Shown here in pieces: positions 1 through 10,874 of a stretch of DNA of 64,000 nt (positions are counted from its first letter, which is position 1; each line of letters begins with the position of its first letter). Origin of the DNA: Escherichia phage PP01. The notes beneath the pieces are model-generated. The model saw only the letters and a list, made by a program, of their open reading frames with translations, searched no databases and was not told where the DNA came from. Location of the stretch: sequence record NC_054930.1; one strand, given 5' to 3'. The position numbers and the translations under genes were made by a program.

Positions 1-113
1 TATTTTCAAAAGAGCTTCAGGATATGAGCGACGACTACGCGCCAGTTATATTTGTGGATTCGGTTCATTCTGCTGAGTATGTTCCAGTATCTCATGGTAT
101 GTCAATGGTATAA
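1..113 (+). CDS. 17: 3' end of upstream ORF (...DDYAPVIFVDSVHSAEYVPVSHGMSMV*); by synteny the C-terminus of large terminase gp17
   Basis: In-frame ORF running off the 5' edge, stop TAA 111-113; lies directly upstream of gene 18 as in T4. Confidence 0.5.
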   Translation, partial: FSKELQDMSDDYAPVIFVDSVHSAEYVPVSHGMSMV

Positions 114-116
114 ATA
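109..116 (+). promoter_or_regulatory. T4-type late promoter (TATAAATA) for gene 18
   Basis: Exact TATAAATA about 30 nt upstream of the gene 18 ATG. Confidence 0.7.
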
Positions 117-144
117 TATTAAAGCATATTAAAGAGGATTAAAA

Positions 145-2124
145 ATGACTTTATTATCTCCGGGCATTGAGCTCAAAGAAACTACGGTTCAAAGCACCGT
201 GGTTAATAACTCTACTGGTACAGCAGCTTTGGCCGGTAAATTCCAGTGGGGTCCTGCTTTTCAGATTAAACAGGTTACAAACGAAGTAGATTTAGTTAAT
301 ACTTTTGGTCAACCAACCGCTGAAACTGCTGACTATTTTATGTCTGCGATGAATTTCTTACAGTACGGAAATGACTTACGAGTAGTTCGTGCTGTTGATA
401 GAGATACCGCTAAAAACTCATCTCCGATTGCTGGTAATATTGAATACACAATTTCTACCCCAGGTAGTAACTACGCGGTTGGAGATAAAATCACGGTCAA
501 ATATGTTTCAGATGATATTGAAACTGAAGGTAAAATTACTGAAGTAGACGCAGATGGAAAAATTAAGAAAATTAATATTCCTACTGCAAAAATTATCGCT
601 AAAGCGAAAGAAGTAGGTGAATATCCAACACTAGGTTCTAACTGGACTGCGGAAATTTCTTCATCTTCCTCTGGTTTAGCTGCAGTAATAACTCTTGGAA
701 AAATTATTACTGATTCTGGTATTTTATTAGCTGAAATTGAAAATGCTGAAGCTGCTATGACAGCGGTTGACTTTCAAGCAAATCTCGAAAAATACGGAAT
801 TCCAGGAGTAGTAGCTCTTTATCCAGGCGAATTAGGCGATAAAATTGAAATTGAAATCGTATCTAAAGCTGACTATGCAAAAGGAGCTTCTGCATTACTC
901 CCAATTTATCCAGGTGGTGGTACTCGTGCATCTACTGCCAAAGCAGTGTTTGGATATGGACCACAAACTGATTCACAGTATGCTATTATAGTTCGTCGTA
1001 ATGATGCTATTGTTCAAAGCGTTGTTCTTTCAACTAAGCGCGGTGAAAAAGATATTTACGATAGTAACATCTATATCGATGACTTTTTCGCAAAAGGCGG
1101 CTCAGAATATATTTTTGCAACTGCACAAAACTGGCCAGAAGGCTTCTCTGGAATTTTAACTCTGTCTGGTGGATTATCATCAAATGCTGAAGTAACAGCA
1201 GGAGATTTGATGGAAGCTTGGGACTTCTTTGCTGACCGTGAATCTGTTGACGTTCAGCTGTTTATTGCGGGTTCTTGTGCCGGTGAATCTTTAGAAACAG
1301 CATCTACTGTTCAAAAACACGTCGTTTCAATTGGGGATGCTCGCCAAGATTGCTTAGTATTGTGCTCTCCTCCGCGTGAAACTGTAGTTGGAATTCCTGT
1401 AACTCGTGCTGTTGATAACTTAGTCAATTGGAGAACTGCAGCAGGTTCATACACTGATAATAACTTTAATATCAGTTCAACCTACGCAGCAATTGATGGT
1501 AACTACAAGTATCAGTATGACAAATATAATGATGTGAATCGTTGGGTTCCATTAGCAGCTGATATTGCTGGTTTATGTGCAAGAACTGATAACGTTTCTC
1601 AGACTTGGATGTCACCAGCTGGTTATAATCGTGGCCAAATTTTGAACGTTATTAAACTGGCTATTGAAACTCGCCAGGCTCAGCGCGACCGTTTATACCA
1701 AGAAGCTATCAACCCAGTAACTGGTACAGGTGGTGATGGTTACGTATTGTATGGTGATAAAACAGCTACTTCTGTTCCTTCTCCATTTGATCGTATTAAC
1801 GTTCGTCGTCTGTTTAATATGTTGAAAACGAACATCGGACGTAGTTCAAAATATCGTTTGTTCGAATTAAACAACGCGTTTACTCGTTCATCATTCCGCA
1901 CAGAAACTGCCCAGTACTTACAGGGAATTAAAGCTCTCGGTGGAATTTATGAATATCGTGTAGTTTGCGATACAACAAATAACACTCCGTCAGTAATTGA
2001 TAGAAATGAGTTTGTTGCAACATTCTACATCCAACCGGCTCGTAGTATAAATTATATCCAACTTAATTTCGTCGCAACTGCTACTGGTGCAGATTTTGAT
2101 GAGTTAACTGGTCTTGCAGGTTAA
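145..2124 (+). CDS. 18: Tail sheath protein gp18
   Basis: 659 aa; N-terminus MTLLSPGIELKETTVQ matches remembered T4 gp18; synteny. Confidence 0.97.
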   Translation: MTLLSPGIELKETTVQSTVVNNSTGTAALAGKFQWGPAFQIKQVTNEVDLVNTFGQPTAETADYFMSAMNFLQYGNDLRVVRAVDRDTAKNSSPIAGNIEYTISTPGSNYAVGDKITVKYVSDDIETEGKITEVDADGKIKKINIPTAKIIAKAKEVGEYPTLGSNWTAEISSSSSGLAAVITLGKIITDSGILLAEIENAEAAMTAVDFQANLEKYGIPGVVALYPGELGDKIEIEIVSKADYAKGASALLPIYPGGGTRASTAKAVFGYGPQTDSQYAIIVRRNDAIVQSVVLSTKRGEKDIYDSNIYIDDFFAKGGSEYIFATAQNWPEGFSGILTLSGGLSSNAEVTAGDLMEAWDFFADRESVDVQLFIAGSCAGESLETASTVQKHVVSIGDARQDCLVLCSPPRETVVGIPVTRAVDNLVNWRTAAGSYTDNNFNISSTYAAIDGNYKYQYDKYNDVNRWVPLAADIAGLCARTDNVSQTWMSPAGYNRGQILNVIKLAIETRQAQRDRLYQEAINPVTGTGGDGYVLYGDKTATSVPSPFDRINVRRLFNMLKTNIGRSSKYRLFELNNAFTRSSFRTETAQYLQGIKALGGIYEYRVVCDTTNNTPSVIDRNEFVATFYIQPARSINYIQLNFVATATGADFDELTGLAG

Positions 2125-2132
2125 TTGATAAG

Positions 2133-2146
2133 GGGCTTCGGCCCCT
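2133..2146 (+). terminator. GC hairpin GGGGC-UUCG-GCCCC after gene 18
   Basis: Perfect 5-bp GC stem with UUCG tetraloop seen in sequence. Confidence 0.5.
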
Positions 2147-2162
2147 ATTCTCGAGGAATCAA

Positions 2163-2768
2163 GTGATTATTTCTAAGTTTGTTACAATAAAACCAAGAAA
2201 TCATTCAAAAATGTGGTCGACAATTCTGGGATATAAAGTATCATATCATGATACAGTATCTGTTCCAATAGAATTAATGCCAAAGAATAGTAATAAAATA
2301 GTTGACGCTAAATGTGATTTGTGTGGTATTAAATTTAGTAGAAGCATTCAGCTTTTAAATAGAACACCAACGCATGCATGTAGAAAATGTAGCATTAAAC
2401 AAGTTGCTATTAAAAATTCGGAAGTTCAATCTGGAATAAGTAGACCATGGCAAAGAGGTGATAAACATCCTCGATGGACTGGTAAAAGAAAAGAGTTTGC
2501 ATTATATGCTAGTAGAGTTCATTCTATAACTAAGTCAGCTAAAATAAGAAAAATCTGGTCAAAATGGCCAAATGCTGATAAAATAGGAGTGTGTGGCGTA
2601 GAAGGTGCTTACCAACTCGATCATAAAGTATCTATCAAATATGGATTTGATAATTTAATTCCGCCGGAAATTATAGCAAGCGTAAAAAATTTAGAAATAA
2701 TCACTTGGGAATCTAACCGAGAAAAATCAAAAAGAAATAGCGTAGATCTTTGGGATTTACTAGAATGA
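2163..2768 (+). CDS. Free-standing HNH-family endonuclease (putative homing endonuclease) with N-terminal Cys4 zinc-finger-like motif
   Basis: 201 aa; CDLCG...CRKC cysteine pairs; C-terminal LDHKVSIKYGFDN...WESNREKS fits the H-N-H signature; GTG start 6 nt after GAGGA; inserted between genes 18 and 19. Confidence 0.75.
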   Translation: MIISKFVTIKPRNHSKMWSTILGYKVSYHDTVSVPIELMPKNSNKIVDAKCDLCGIKFSRSIQLLNRTPTHACRKCSIKQVAIKNSEVQSGISRPWQRGDKHPRWTGKRKEFALYASRVHSITKSAKIRKIWSKWPNADKIGVCGVEGAYQLDHKVSIKYGFDNLIPPEIIASVKNLEIITWESNREKSKRNSVDLWDLLE

Positions 2769-2774
2769 TTCTAA

Positions 2775-2793
2775 AGGCCTGTTTCGGCAGGCC
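2775..2793 (+). terminator. Hairpin GGCCUG-uuucgg-CAGGCC after the HNH ORF
   Basis: Inverted repeat seen in sequence. Confidence 0.4.
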
Positions 2794-2794
2794 A

Positions 2795-2802
2795 TATAAA
2801 TA
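2795..2802 (+). promoter_or_regulatory. Late promoter TATAAATA (distal, gene 19)
   Basis: Exact TATAAATA. Confidence 0.55.
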
Positions 2803-2853
2803 CACTATATCCTTAATTCTTTAATTCTATATGCCCTAGGTTAAACATAGGGA

Positions 2854-2861
2854 TATAAATA
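2854..2861 (+). promoter_or_regulatory. Late promoter TATAAATA (proximal, gene 19)
   Basis: Exact TATAAATA 15 nt upstream of the gene 19 ATG. Confidence 0.7.
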
Positions 2862-2875
2862 CTACAGAGGCTAAT

Positions 2876-3367
2876 ATGTTTGTAGATGATGTAACACGAG
2901 CGTTTGAATCTGGTGATTTTGCTCGACCTAACTTATTCCAAGTAGAAATTTCTTATCTTGGACAAAATTTTACGTTTCAATGTAAAGCCACTGCTTTACC
3001 AGCTGGTATTGTAGAAAAAATTCCAGTTGGATTTATGAACCGTAAAATTAACGTAGCAGGCGATCGTACATTCGATGACTGGACTGTTACAGTAATGAAC
3101 GATGAAGCTCATGATGCTCGCCAGAAGTTCGTTGATTGGCAAAGCATTGCTGCGGGGCAAGGAAACGAAATTACTGGTGGAAAACCTGCAGAGTATAAAA
3201 AGAGCGCTATCGTTCGTCAATATGCTCGTGACGCTAAAACAGTAACAAAAGAAATTGAAATTAAAGGTCTGTGGCCTACTAACGTGGGTGAACTTCAATT
3301 AGATTGGGATTCAAACAACGAAATCCAAACATTTGAAGTAACTCTTGCTCTCGATTATTGGGAATAA
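2876..3367 (+). CDS. 19: Tail tube protein gp19
   Basis: 163 aa; T4 gp19-like sequence and position. Confidence 0.95.
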   Translation: MFVDDVTRAFESGDFARPNLFQVEISYLGQNFTFQCKATALPAGIVEKIPVGFMNRKINVAGDRTFDDWTVTVMNDEAHDARQKFVDWQSIAAGQGNEITGGKPAEYKKSAIVRQYARDAKTVTKEIEIKGLWPTNVGELQLDWDSNNEIQTFEVTLALDYWE

Positions 3368-3374
3368 AATGAAT

Positions 3375-3388
3375 GGGGAGAAATCCCC
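3375..3388 (+). terminator. Hairpin GGGGA-GAAA-UCCCC after gene 19
   Basis: Inverted repeat with GNRA loop. Confidence 0.4.
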
Positions 3389-3399
3389 ATCCTGCTTAA

Positions 3400-5024
<1,625 letters not shown>

Positions 5025-5025
<1 letters not shown>

Positions 5026-5264
5026 TGGAAGGTTTAATTGAAGCTATTAAATCAAACGACCTCGTAGCCGCTCGTAAATTATTTGCTGAAGCCATGGCTG
5101 CAAGAACGATTGATTTAATTAAAGAAGAAAAAATCGCTATCGCTCGTAATTTCTTAATCGAAGGTGAAGAACCTGAAGACGAGGATGAAGATGATGACGA
5201 AGATAGCGATGATAAAGACGACAAAAAAGACAAAGACTCTGACGAAGACGAGGATGATGAATAA
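5025..5264 (+). CDS. 67: Prohead core protein gp67 (acidic C-terminus)
   Basis: 79 aa with D/E-rich tail; synteny. Confidence 0.9.
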
Positions 5265-5689
5265 TGCTTCTGATCCCTGAAACTCATGAATTAGTTCTCG
5301 AGAATGTCGAAGCACTTATTCCTGAAGCACAGGGTCGCTTTGACGAATTGTCTTCTGCTTTAAATAAAGACGATATAAATACAATTGTCGAGAATATGCT
5401 TGATGATGAAACTGATTTAGCGGTTGCATTAGCTTCTATTAATGAAAATATGCCGTTAAATGAATTCATCGTTAAACATGTTTCTGCCCGTGGTGAAATT
5501 ACTCGCACTAAAGATCGCAAAACCCGCGAACGAAATGCATTTCAAACCACTGGGTTGTCTAAAGCAAAACGTAGACAAATTGCTCGTAAAGCTACCAAAA
5601 CGAAGATTGCCAATCCAGCAGGTCAATCTCGTGCTCAGCGTAAGCGTAAAAAAGCTCTTAAACGCCGTAAAGCATTAGGATTAAGCTAA
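5264..5689 (+). CDS. 68: Prohead core protein gp68
   Basis: 141 aa; synteny; start overlaps gp67 stop. Confidence 0.9.
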
Positions 5690-6327
5690 TGAATGAACCC
5701 CAATTACTAATTGAAACTTGGGGTCAACCTGGCGAAATTATTGATGGCGTACCAATGCTTGAATCTCATGATGGAAAAGACTTAGGTTTAAAACCGGGTT
5801 TATACATCGAAGGAATATTCATGCAAGCGGAAGTCGTCAATAGAAATAAACGTCTTTATCCAAAACGTATATTAGAAAAAGCGGTAAAAGACTATATTAA
5901 TGAGCAAGTTTTAACTAAACAAGCTCTCGGAGAATTAAATCATCCTCCACGCGCTAATGTTGACCCGATGCAAGCCGCTATCATTATAGAAGATATGTGG
6001 TGGAAAGGAAATGACGTATACGGACGAGCTCGTGTTATTGAAGGTGACCATGGTCCTGGAGATAAATTAGCAGCTAATATTCGTGCCGGATGGATTCCAG
6101 GAGTTTCTTCTCGTGGATTAGGTTCATTGACTGACACAAATAAAGGTTATCGTATCGTAAACGAAGGATTCAAATTAACTGTAGGTGTTGATGCAGTATG
6201 GGGTCCAAGTGCTCCAGATGCATGGGTAACTCCTAAGGAAATTACCGAATCACAGACGGCGGAAGCCGATACAAGTGCCGATGACGCCTATATGGCTCTC
6301 GCAGAGGCCATGAAAAAAGCGTTATAA
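5689..6327 (+). CDS. 21: Prohead core scaffold protein and protease gp21
   Basis: 212 aa; synteny. Confidence 0.93.
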   Translation: MNEPQLLIETWGQPGEIIDGVPMLESHDGKDLGLKPGLYIEGIFMQAEVVNRNKRLYPKRILEKAVKDYINEQVLTKQALGELNHPPRANVDPMQAAIIIEDMWWKGNDVYGRARVIEGDHGPGDKLAANIRAGWIPGVSSRGLGSLTDTNKGYRIVNEGFKLTVGVDAVWGPSAPDAWVTPKEITESQTAEADTSADDAYMALAEAMKKAL

Positions 6328-6330
6328 ATA
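6323..6330 (+). promoter_or_regulatory. Late promoter TATAAATA for gene 22
   Basis: Exact TATAAATA about 28 nt upstream of ATG. Confidence 0.7.
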
Positions 6331-6357
6331 TTATTATCTAAACAACAGGACTACAAA

Positions 6358-7167
6358 ATGCTTAAAGAACAACTGATTGCCGAAGCACAGAAAATTGATG
6401 CTTCCGTTGCTCTTGATAGTATTTTCGAATCAGTTAATATTTCTCCGGAAGCAAAAGAAACTTTCGGCACTGTATTCGAAGCTACCGTCAAGCAGCACGC
6501 CGTTAAATTAGCTGAATCTCATATCGCTAAAATTGCTGAAAAAGCAGAAGAAGAAGTAGAAAAAAATAAAGAAGAAGCCGAAGAAAAAGCTGAGAAGAAA
6601 ATCGCTGAGCAAGCTTCTAAATTCATTGACCATCTTGCAAAAGAATGGCTCGCTGAAAATAAATTAGCAGTTGATAAAGGCATCAAAGCCGAACTGTTTG
6701 AATCCATGCTTGGTGGATTAAAAGAGCTCTTTGTTGAACACAACGTTGTTGTTCCAGAAGAATCAGTTGATGTTGTAGCTGAAATGGAAGAAGAGCTGCA
6801 AGAACATAAAGAAGAATCAGCTCGTCTGTTCGAAGAACTCAATATGCGCGACGCATATATCAATTATGTGCAGCGTGAAGTGGCATTGAGCGAAAGTACT
6901 AAAGATCTGACTGAGTCTCAAAAAGAAAAAGTCTCTGCTCTGGTCGAAGGTATGGATTATTCAGATGCATTCTCAAGTAAATTGAGTGCAATCGTAGAAA
7001 TGGTGAAGAAATCTAATAAAGATGAAAGCACTATTACTGAGGGTATAAATACTCCTGATACTGAAGCAGCCGGACTAAATTTCGTCACTGAAGCTGTAGA
7101 AGATAAAGCTGCACAGGGTGCAGAAGATATTGTAAGTGTATATGCGAAAGTCGCATCTCGTTTCTAA
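6358..7167 (+). CDS. 22: Major prohead scaffolding core protein gp22
   Basis: 269 aa, acidic coiled-coil-like; synteny. Confidence 0.93.
   Translation: MLKEQLIAEAQKIDASVALDSIFESVNISPEAKETFGTVFEATVKQHAVKLAESHIAKIAEKAEEEVEKNKEEAEEKAEKKIAEQASKFIDHLAKEWLAENKLAVDKGIKAELFESMLGGLKELFVEHNVVVPEESVDVVAEMEEELQEHKEESARLFEELNMRDAYINYVQREVALSESTKDLTESQKEKVSALVEGMDYSDAFSSKLSAIVEMVKKSNKDESTITEGINTPDTEAAGLNFVTEAVEDKAAQGAEDIVSVYAKVASRF
7044..7051 (+). promoter_or_regulatory. Late promoter TATAAATA inside the 3' end of gene 22 (gene 23 promoter)
   Basis: Exact TATAAATA about 135 nt upstream of the gene 23 ATG. Confidence 0.6.
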
Positions 7168-7185
7168 TTTTAAAGGTTAACACAA

Positions 7186-8751
7186 ATGACTATCAAAACT
7201 AAAGCTGAACTTTTGAACAAATGGAAGCCATTACTGGAAGGTGAAGGTTTACCGGAAATTGCTAATAGCAAACAAGCGATTATCGCTAAAATCTTTGAAA
7301 ACCAGGAAAAAGATTTCCAGACAGCTCCGGAATATAAAGACGAAAAAATTGCTCAGGCATTCGGTTCTTTCTTAACAGAAGCTGAAATCGGTGGTGACCA
7401 CGGTTACAATGCTACTAACATCGCTGCAGGTCAGACTTCTGGCGCAGTAACTCAGATTGGCCCAGCTGTTATGGGTATGGTACGTCGTGCTATTCCTAAC
7501 CTGATTGCTTTCGATATTTGCGGTGTTCAGCCGATGAACAGCCCGACTGGCCAGGTATTCGCACTGCGCGCAGTATATGGTAAAGATCCAATCGCTTCCG
7601 GTGCTAAAGAAGCATTCCACCCAATGTATGGTCCAGATGCAATGTTCTCTGGTCAGGGTGCTGCTAAGAAATTCCCAGCTCTGGCTGCTAGCACACAAAC
7701 CGTTGTAGGTGATATCTATACTCACTTCTTCCAGGAAACTGGTACCGTGTATCTGCAAGCTTCAGCTGTAGTAACAATCGATGCTGGTGCGACTGATGCT
7801 GCTAAATTAGATGCCGAAGTTAAGAAACAAATGGAAGCTGGTGTACTGGTAGAAATCGCTGAAGGTATGGCTACTTCTATCGCTGAACTTCAGGAAGGTT
7901 TCAACGGTTCTACCGATAACCCATGGAATGAAATGGGCTTCCGTATCGATAAACAAGTTATCGAAGCTAAATCTCGTCAGCTGAAAGCTGCTTACTCTAT
8001 CGAATTAGCACAAGACCTCCGCGCTGTTCACGGTATGGATGCTGATGCTGAACTGTCTGGTATTCTGGCTACAGAAATTATGCTGGAAATTAACCGTGAA
8101 GTTGTTGATTGGATTAACTACTCAGCTCAGGTTGGTAAATCTGGTATGACCCTGACTCCGGGTTCTAAAGCTGGTGTATTTGACTTCCAGGACCCAATCG
8201 ATATTCGTGGTGCTCGCTGGGCAGGTGAATCCTTTAAAGCTCTGTTGTTCCAGATTGACAAAGAAGCAGTTGAAATTGCTCGTCAGACTGGTCGCGGCGA
8301 AGGTAATTTCATTATCGCTTCCCGTAACGTAGTTAACGTTCTGGCTTCAGTTGATACTGGCATTTCTTATGCTGCACAGGGTCTGGCTACCGGCTTCAAC
8401 ACTGATACTACCAAGTCAGTATTTGCTGGTGTTCTGGGTGGTAAATACCGCGTATATATCGACCAATATGCTAAACAGGATTATTTCACTGTAGGTTATA
8501 AAGGTCCGAACGAAATGGATGCTGGTATTTACTATGCTCCATATGTAGCTCTGACTCCACTGCGTGGTTCTGATCCGAAGAACTTCCAACCGGTAATGGG
8601 ATTCAAAACTCGTTACGGTATCGGTATCAACCCATTTGCAGAATCCGCTGCTCAGGCTCCGGCTTCTCGCATCCAGAGCGGTATGCCTTCTATTCTGAAT
8701 AGCCTTGGTAAAAACGCTTACTTTAGACGTGTATATGTTAAAGGTATCTAA
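7186..8751 (+). CDS. 23: Major capsid protein gp23
   Basis: 521 aa; N-terminus MTIKTKAELLNKWKPLLEGEG. Confidence 0.98.
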   Translation: MTIKTKAELLNKWKPLLEGEGLPEIANSKQAIIAKIFENQEKDFQTAPEYKDEKIAQAFGSFLTEAEIGGDHGYNATNIAAGQTSGAVTQIGPAVMGMVRRAIPNLIAFDICGVQPMNSPTGQVFALRAVYGKDPIASGAKEAFHPMYGPDAMFSGQGAAKKFPALAASTQTVVGDIYTHFFQETGTVYLQASAVVTIDAGATDAAKLDAEVKKQMEAGVLVEIAEGMATSIAELQEGFNGSTDNPWNEMGFRIDKQVIEAKSRQLKAAYSIELAQDLRAVHGMDADAELSGILATEIMLEINREVVDWINYSAQVGKSGMTLTPGSKAGVFDFQDPIDIRGARWAGESFKALLFQIDKEAVEIARQTGRGEGNFIIASRNVVNVLASVDTGISYAAQGLATGFNTDTTKSVFAGVLGGKYRVYIDQYAKQDYFTVGYKGPNEMDAGIYYAPYVALTPLRGSDPKNFQPVMGFKTRYGIGINPFAESAAQAPASRIQSGMPSILNSLGKNAYFRRVYVKGI

Positions 8752-8777
8752 TCTCTAACGATAGAAACACAATTTTA

Positions 8778-8800
8778 GGGAACCTTCGGGTTCCCTTTTT
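8778..8800. terminator. Hairpin GGGAACC-UUCG-GGUUCCC followed by T5, between convergent genes 23 and segD
   Basis: 7-bp stem, UUCG loop, U-run. Confidence 0.7.
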
Positions 8801-9471
8801 CTATTTTATACGATAGCAATCAGGCATATCATCCGCATTTATCCAATTGCGAATAGTTTTAGGACTAACTTTAAAATGCTCCGCTGCGTAATCAGGATTA
8901 TCAAATTTAACGCCCTTTATACATATTGGAATAAATTTTTTAATACCACCAAGTTTTTCAGAAATAGCTTTACGGTGTGAAATCGATATAGGTTTATTTT
9001 TTCGTGGATGAACATGTGTTTTATAATATTCATTGCGCCCTTTAACTCGCTTCGCAATAGTTTCATCAGATTGCTTAACGCCTGTTTTTGCCTTTGATAT
9101 TTTTCGTTTAGCTTCCACAGTCATTCCTTCTTTTGTTCGTATTGATAACATATTACGATATGAAGGATCTTGCAAATGAACTATAACTGGATTTCCTCTG
9201 CCACCAATAGCAGCATTATAGGTATCAGTTCTCATAACGAATTCCTCATTGACTAGTAAAGCTTCCATTTTATACATCTCCTCAGATGAGGAGAAAGAAT
9301 AAAGAATTTCTTTTTAAAGTTATGAATACCATATTTTTTGATGGATTTTTTGATGTTTACGCCAGAACCCATATAACCATCGTTTTCGTCAAGAGTAGCA
9401 TGAGCTCCGATGTAAATTTTTCCATTGATGATATTAGTAATTTGATATATTAAATATTTCATTTTAAACAT
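8801..9471 (-). pseudogene. segD: GIY-YIG homing endonuclease segD, split by a -1 frameshift in an A5 tract (N-terminal ORF to 9253, C-terminal ORF 8801..9277)
   Basis: N-terminal part has [18 protein letters not shown]...YMGSG (GIY-YIG); restoring one A at about 9311-9316 fuses ...[30 protein letters not shown]... into a 223-aa protein, the remembered T4 SegD length. Confidence 0.75.
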
Positions 9472-9484
9472 CGCTCCGTTTGTA

Positions 9485-9522
9485 TATGAATATAATATCA
9501 TATTACTTTGGTCTTGTAAATA
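9485..9522 (-). promoter_or_regulatory. Early-type promoter for segD (TTTACA, 17 bp, TATTAT)
   Basis: Read on the minus strand upstream of the segD start. Confidence 0.45.
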
Positions 9523-9526
9523 ACTT

Positions 9527-9534
9527 TATAAATA
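9527..9534 (+). promoter_or_regulatory. Late promoter TATAAATA for gene 24
   Basis: Exact TATAAATA about 28 nt upstream of ATG. Confidence 0.7.
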
Positions 9535-9561
9535 GTATTATATTTCAACAAGGAAAATACA

Positions 9562-10845
9562 ATGGCTAAAATCAACGAACTTCTGCGCGAATCAACCACA
9601 ACGAATAGCAACTCAATCGGTCGCCCAAATCTCGTTGCTTTGACTCGCGCTACCACTAAATTAATATATTCTGACATTGTAGCAACGCAAAGAACTAATC
9701 AACCTGTTGCTGCTTTTTATGGTATCAAATACCTTAACCCAGACAACGAATTTACATTTAAAACTGGTGCTACTTACGCTGGCGAAGCCGGATATGTAGA
9801 CCGAGAACAAATCACAGAATTAACAGAAGAGTCTAAATTAACTCTCAATAAAGGCGATTTATTCAAATATAATAATATCGTTTATAAAGTATTAGAAGAT
9901 ACTCCATTTGCTGATATTGAAGAAAGCGACTTAGAGTTAGCTCTTCAGATTGCAATTGTTCTTTTAAAGGTTCGTCTATTTTCTGACGCAGCGTCAACAA
10001 GCAAATTTGAAAGCTCTGATAGTGAAATTGCGGATGCTAGATTCCAGATTAATAAATGGCAAACCGCGGTTAAATCTCGTAAACTTAAAACTGGCATCAC
10101 AGTTGAATTAGCGCAAGATTTAGAAGCAAATGGATTCGATGCTCCTAATTTCTTGGAAGATTTGCTTGCAACTGAAATGGCAGATGAAATCAATAAAGAT
10201 ATTCTGCAGTCTTTGATTACAGTGTCAAAACGCTATAAAGTTACAGGAATTACTGATAGTGGATTCATCGATTTGAGTTATGCATCTGCACCTGAAGCGG
10301 GTCGTTCATTATATCGAATGGTATGTGAAATGGTTTCGCATATCCAAAAAGAATCAACTTATACAGCAACGTTCTGTGTTGCTTCAGCTCGTGCCGCTGC
10401 GATTCTTGCTGCATCAGGTTGGTTAAAACATAAACCAGAAGATGATAAATATCTTTCACAAAATGCCTACGGGTTCTTAGCTAATGGTTTACCGCTTTAT
10501 TGCGATACTAACAGTCCATTAGATTATGTAATCGTTGGCGTAGTAGAAAATATCGGCGAAAAAGAAATTGTTGGATCAATTTTCTATGCTCCGTATACAG
10601 AAGGTCTCGACTTAGATGACCCTGAACATGTAGGTGCATTTAAAGTTGTTGTTGATCCAGAAAGCTTACAACCGTCTATCGGTTTATTAGTTAGATATGC
10701 TTTATCAGCAAATCCTTATACCGTAGCAAAAGATGAAAAAGAAGCAAGAATAATTGATGGTGGAGACATGGATAAAATGGCGGGTCGTTCAGATTTGTCT
10801 GTTTTATTAGGTGTTAAATTACCAAAAATTATTATTGATGAATAA
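9562..10845 (+). CDS. 24: Head vertex protein gp24
   Basis: 427 aa; gp23-like fold region; synteny. Confidence 0.95.
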   Translation: MAKINELLRESTTTNSNSIGRPNLVALTRATTKLIYSDIVATQRTNQPVAAFYGIKYLNPDNEFTFKTGATYAGEAGYVDREQITELTEESKLTLNKGDLFKYNNIVYKVLEDTPFADIEESDLELALQIAIVLLKVRLFSDAASTSKFESSDSEIADARFQINKWQTAVKSRKLKTGITVELAQDLEANGFDAPNFLEDLLATEMADEINKDILQSLITVSKRYKVTGITDSGFIDLSYASAPEAGRSLYRMVCEMVSHIQKESTYTATFCVASARAAAILAASGWLKHKPEDDKYLSQNAYGFLANGLPLYCDTNSPLDYVIVGVVENIGEKEIVGSIFYAPYTEGLDLDDPEHVGAFKVVVDPESLQPSIGLLVRYALSANPYTVAKDEKEARIIDGGDMDKMAGRSDLSVLLGVKLPKIIIDE

Positions 10846-10851
10846 AACAAA

Positions 10852-10871
10852 GGGACCGAAAGGTCCCTTTT
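10852..10871. terminator. Hairpin GGGACC-GAAA-GGUCCC followed by T5, between convergent genes 24 and rnlB
   Basis: Inverted repeat and U-run. Confidence 0.65.
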
Positions 10872-10874
10872 TAT

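Noticed and set aside
2996-3298. Antisense ORFs embedded in well-supported genes (for example 2996-3298, 4557-4748, 7372-7758, 15174-15431, 25618-25845, 44716-44958, 54277-54519, 60561-61254)
   Set aside because: They lie opposite highly conserved T4-like coding regions, have no RBS or promoter context, and have low-complexity or hydrophobic composition typical of shadow ORFs.
8801-9501. Programmed frameshift or transcriptional slippage to express segD
   Set aside because: The A5 tract is shorter than known slippage sites and there is no stimulatory structure; a pseudogene or sequencing error is more parsimonious.
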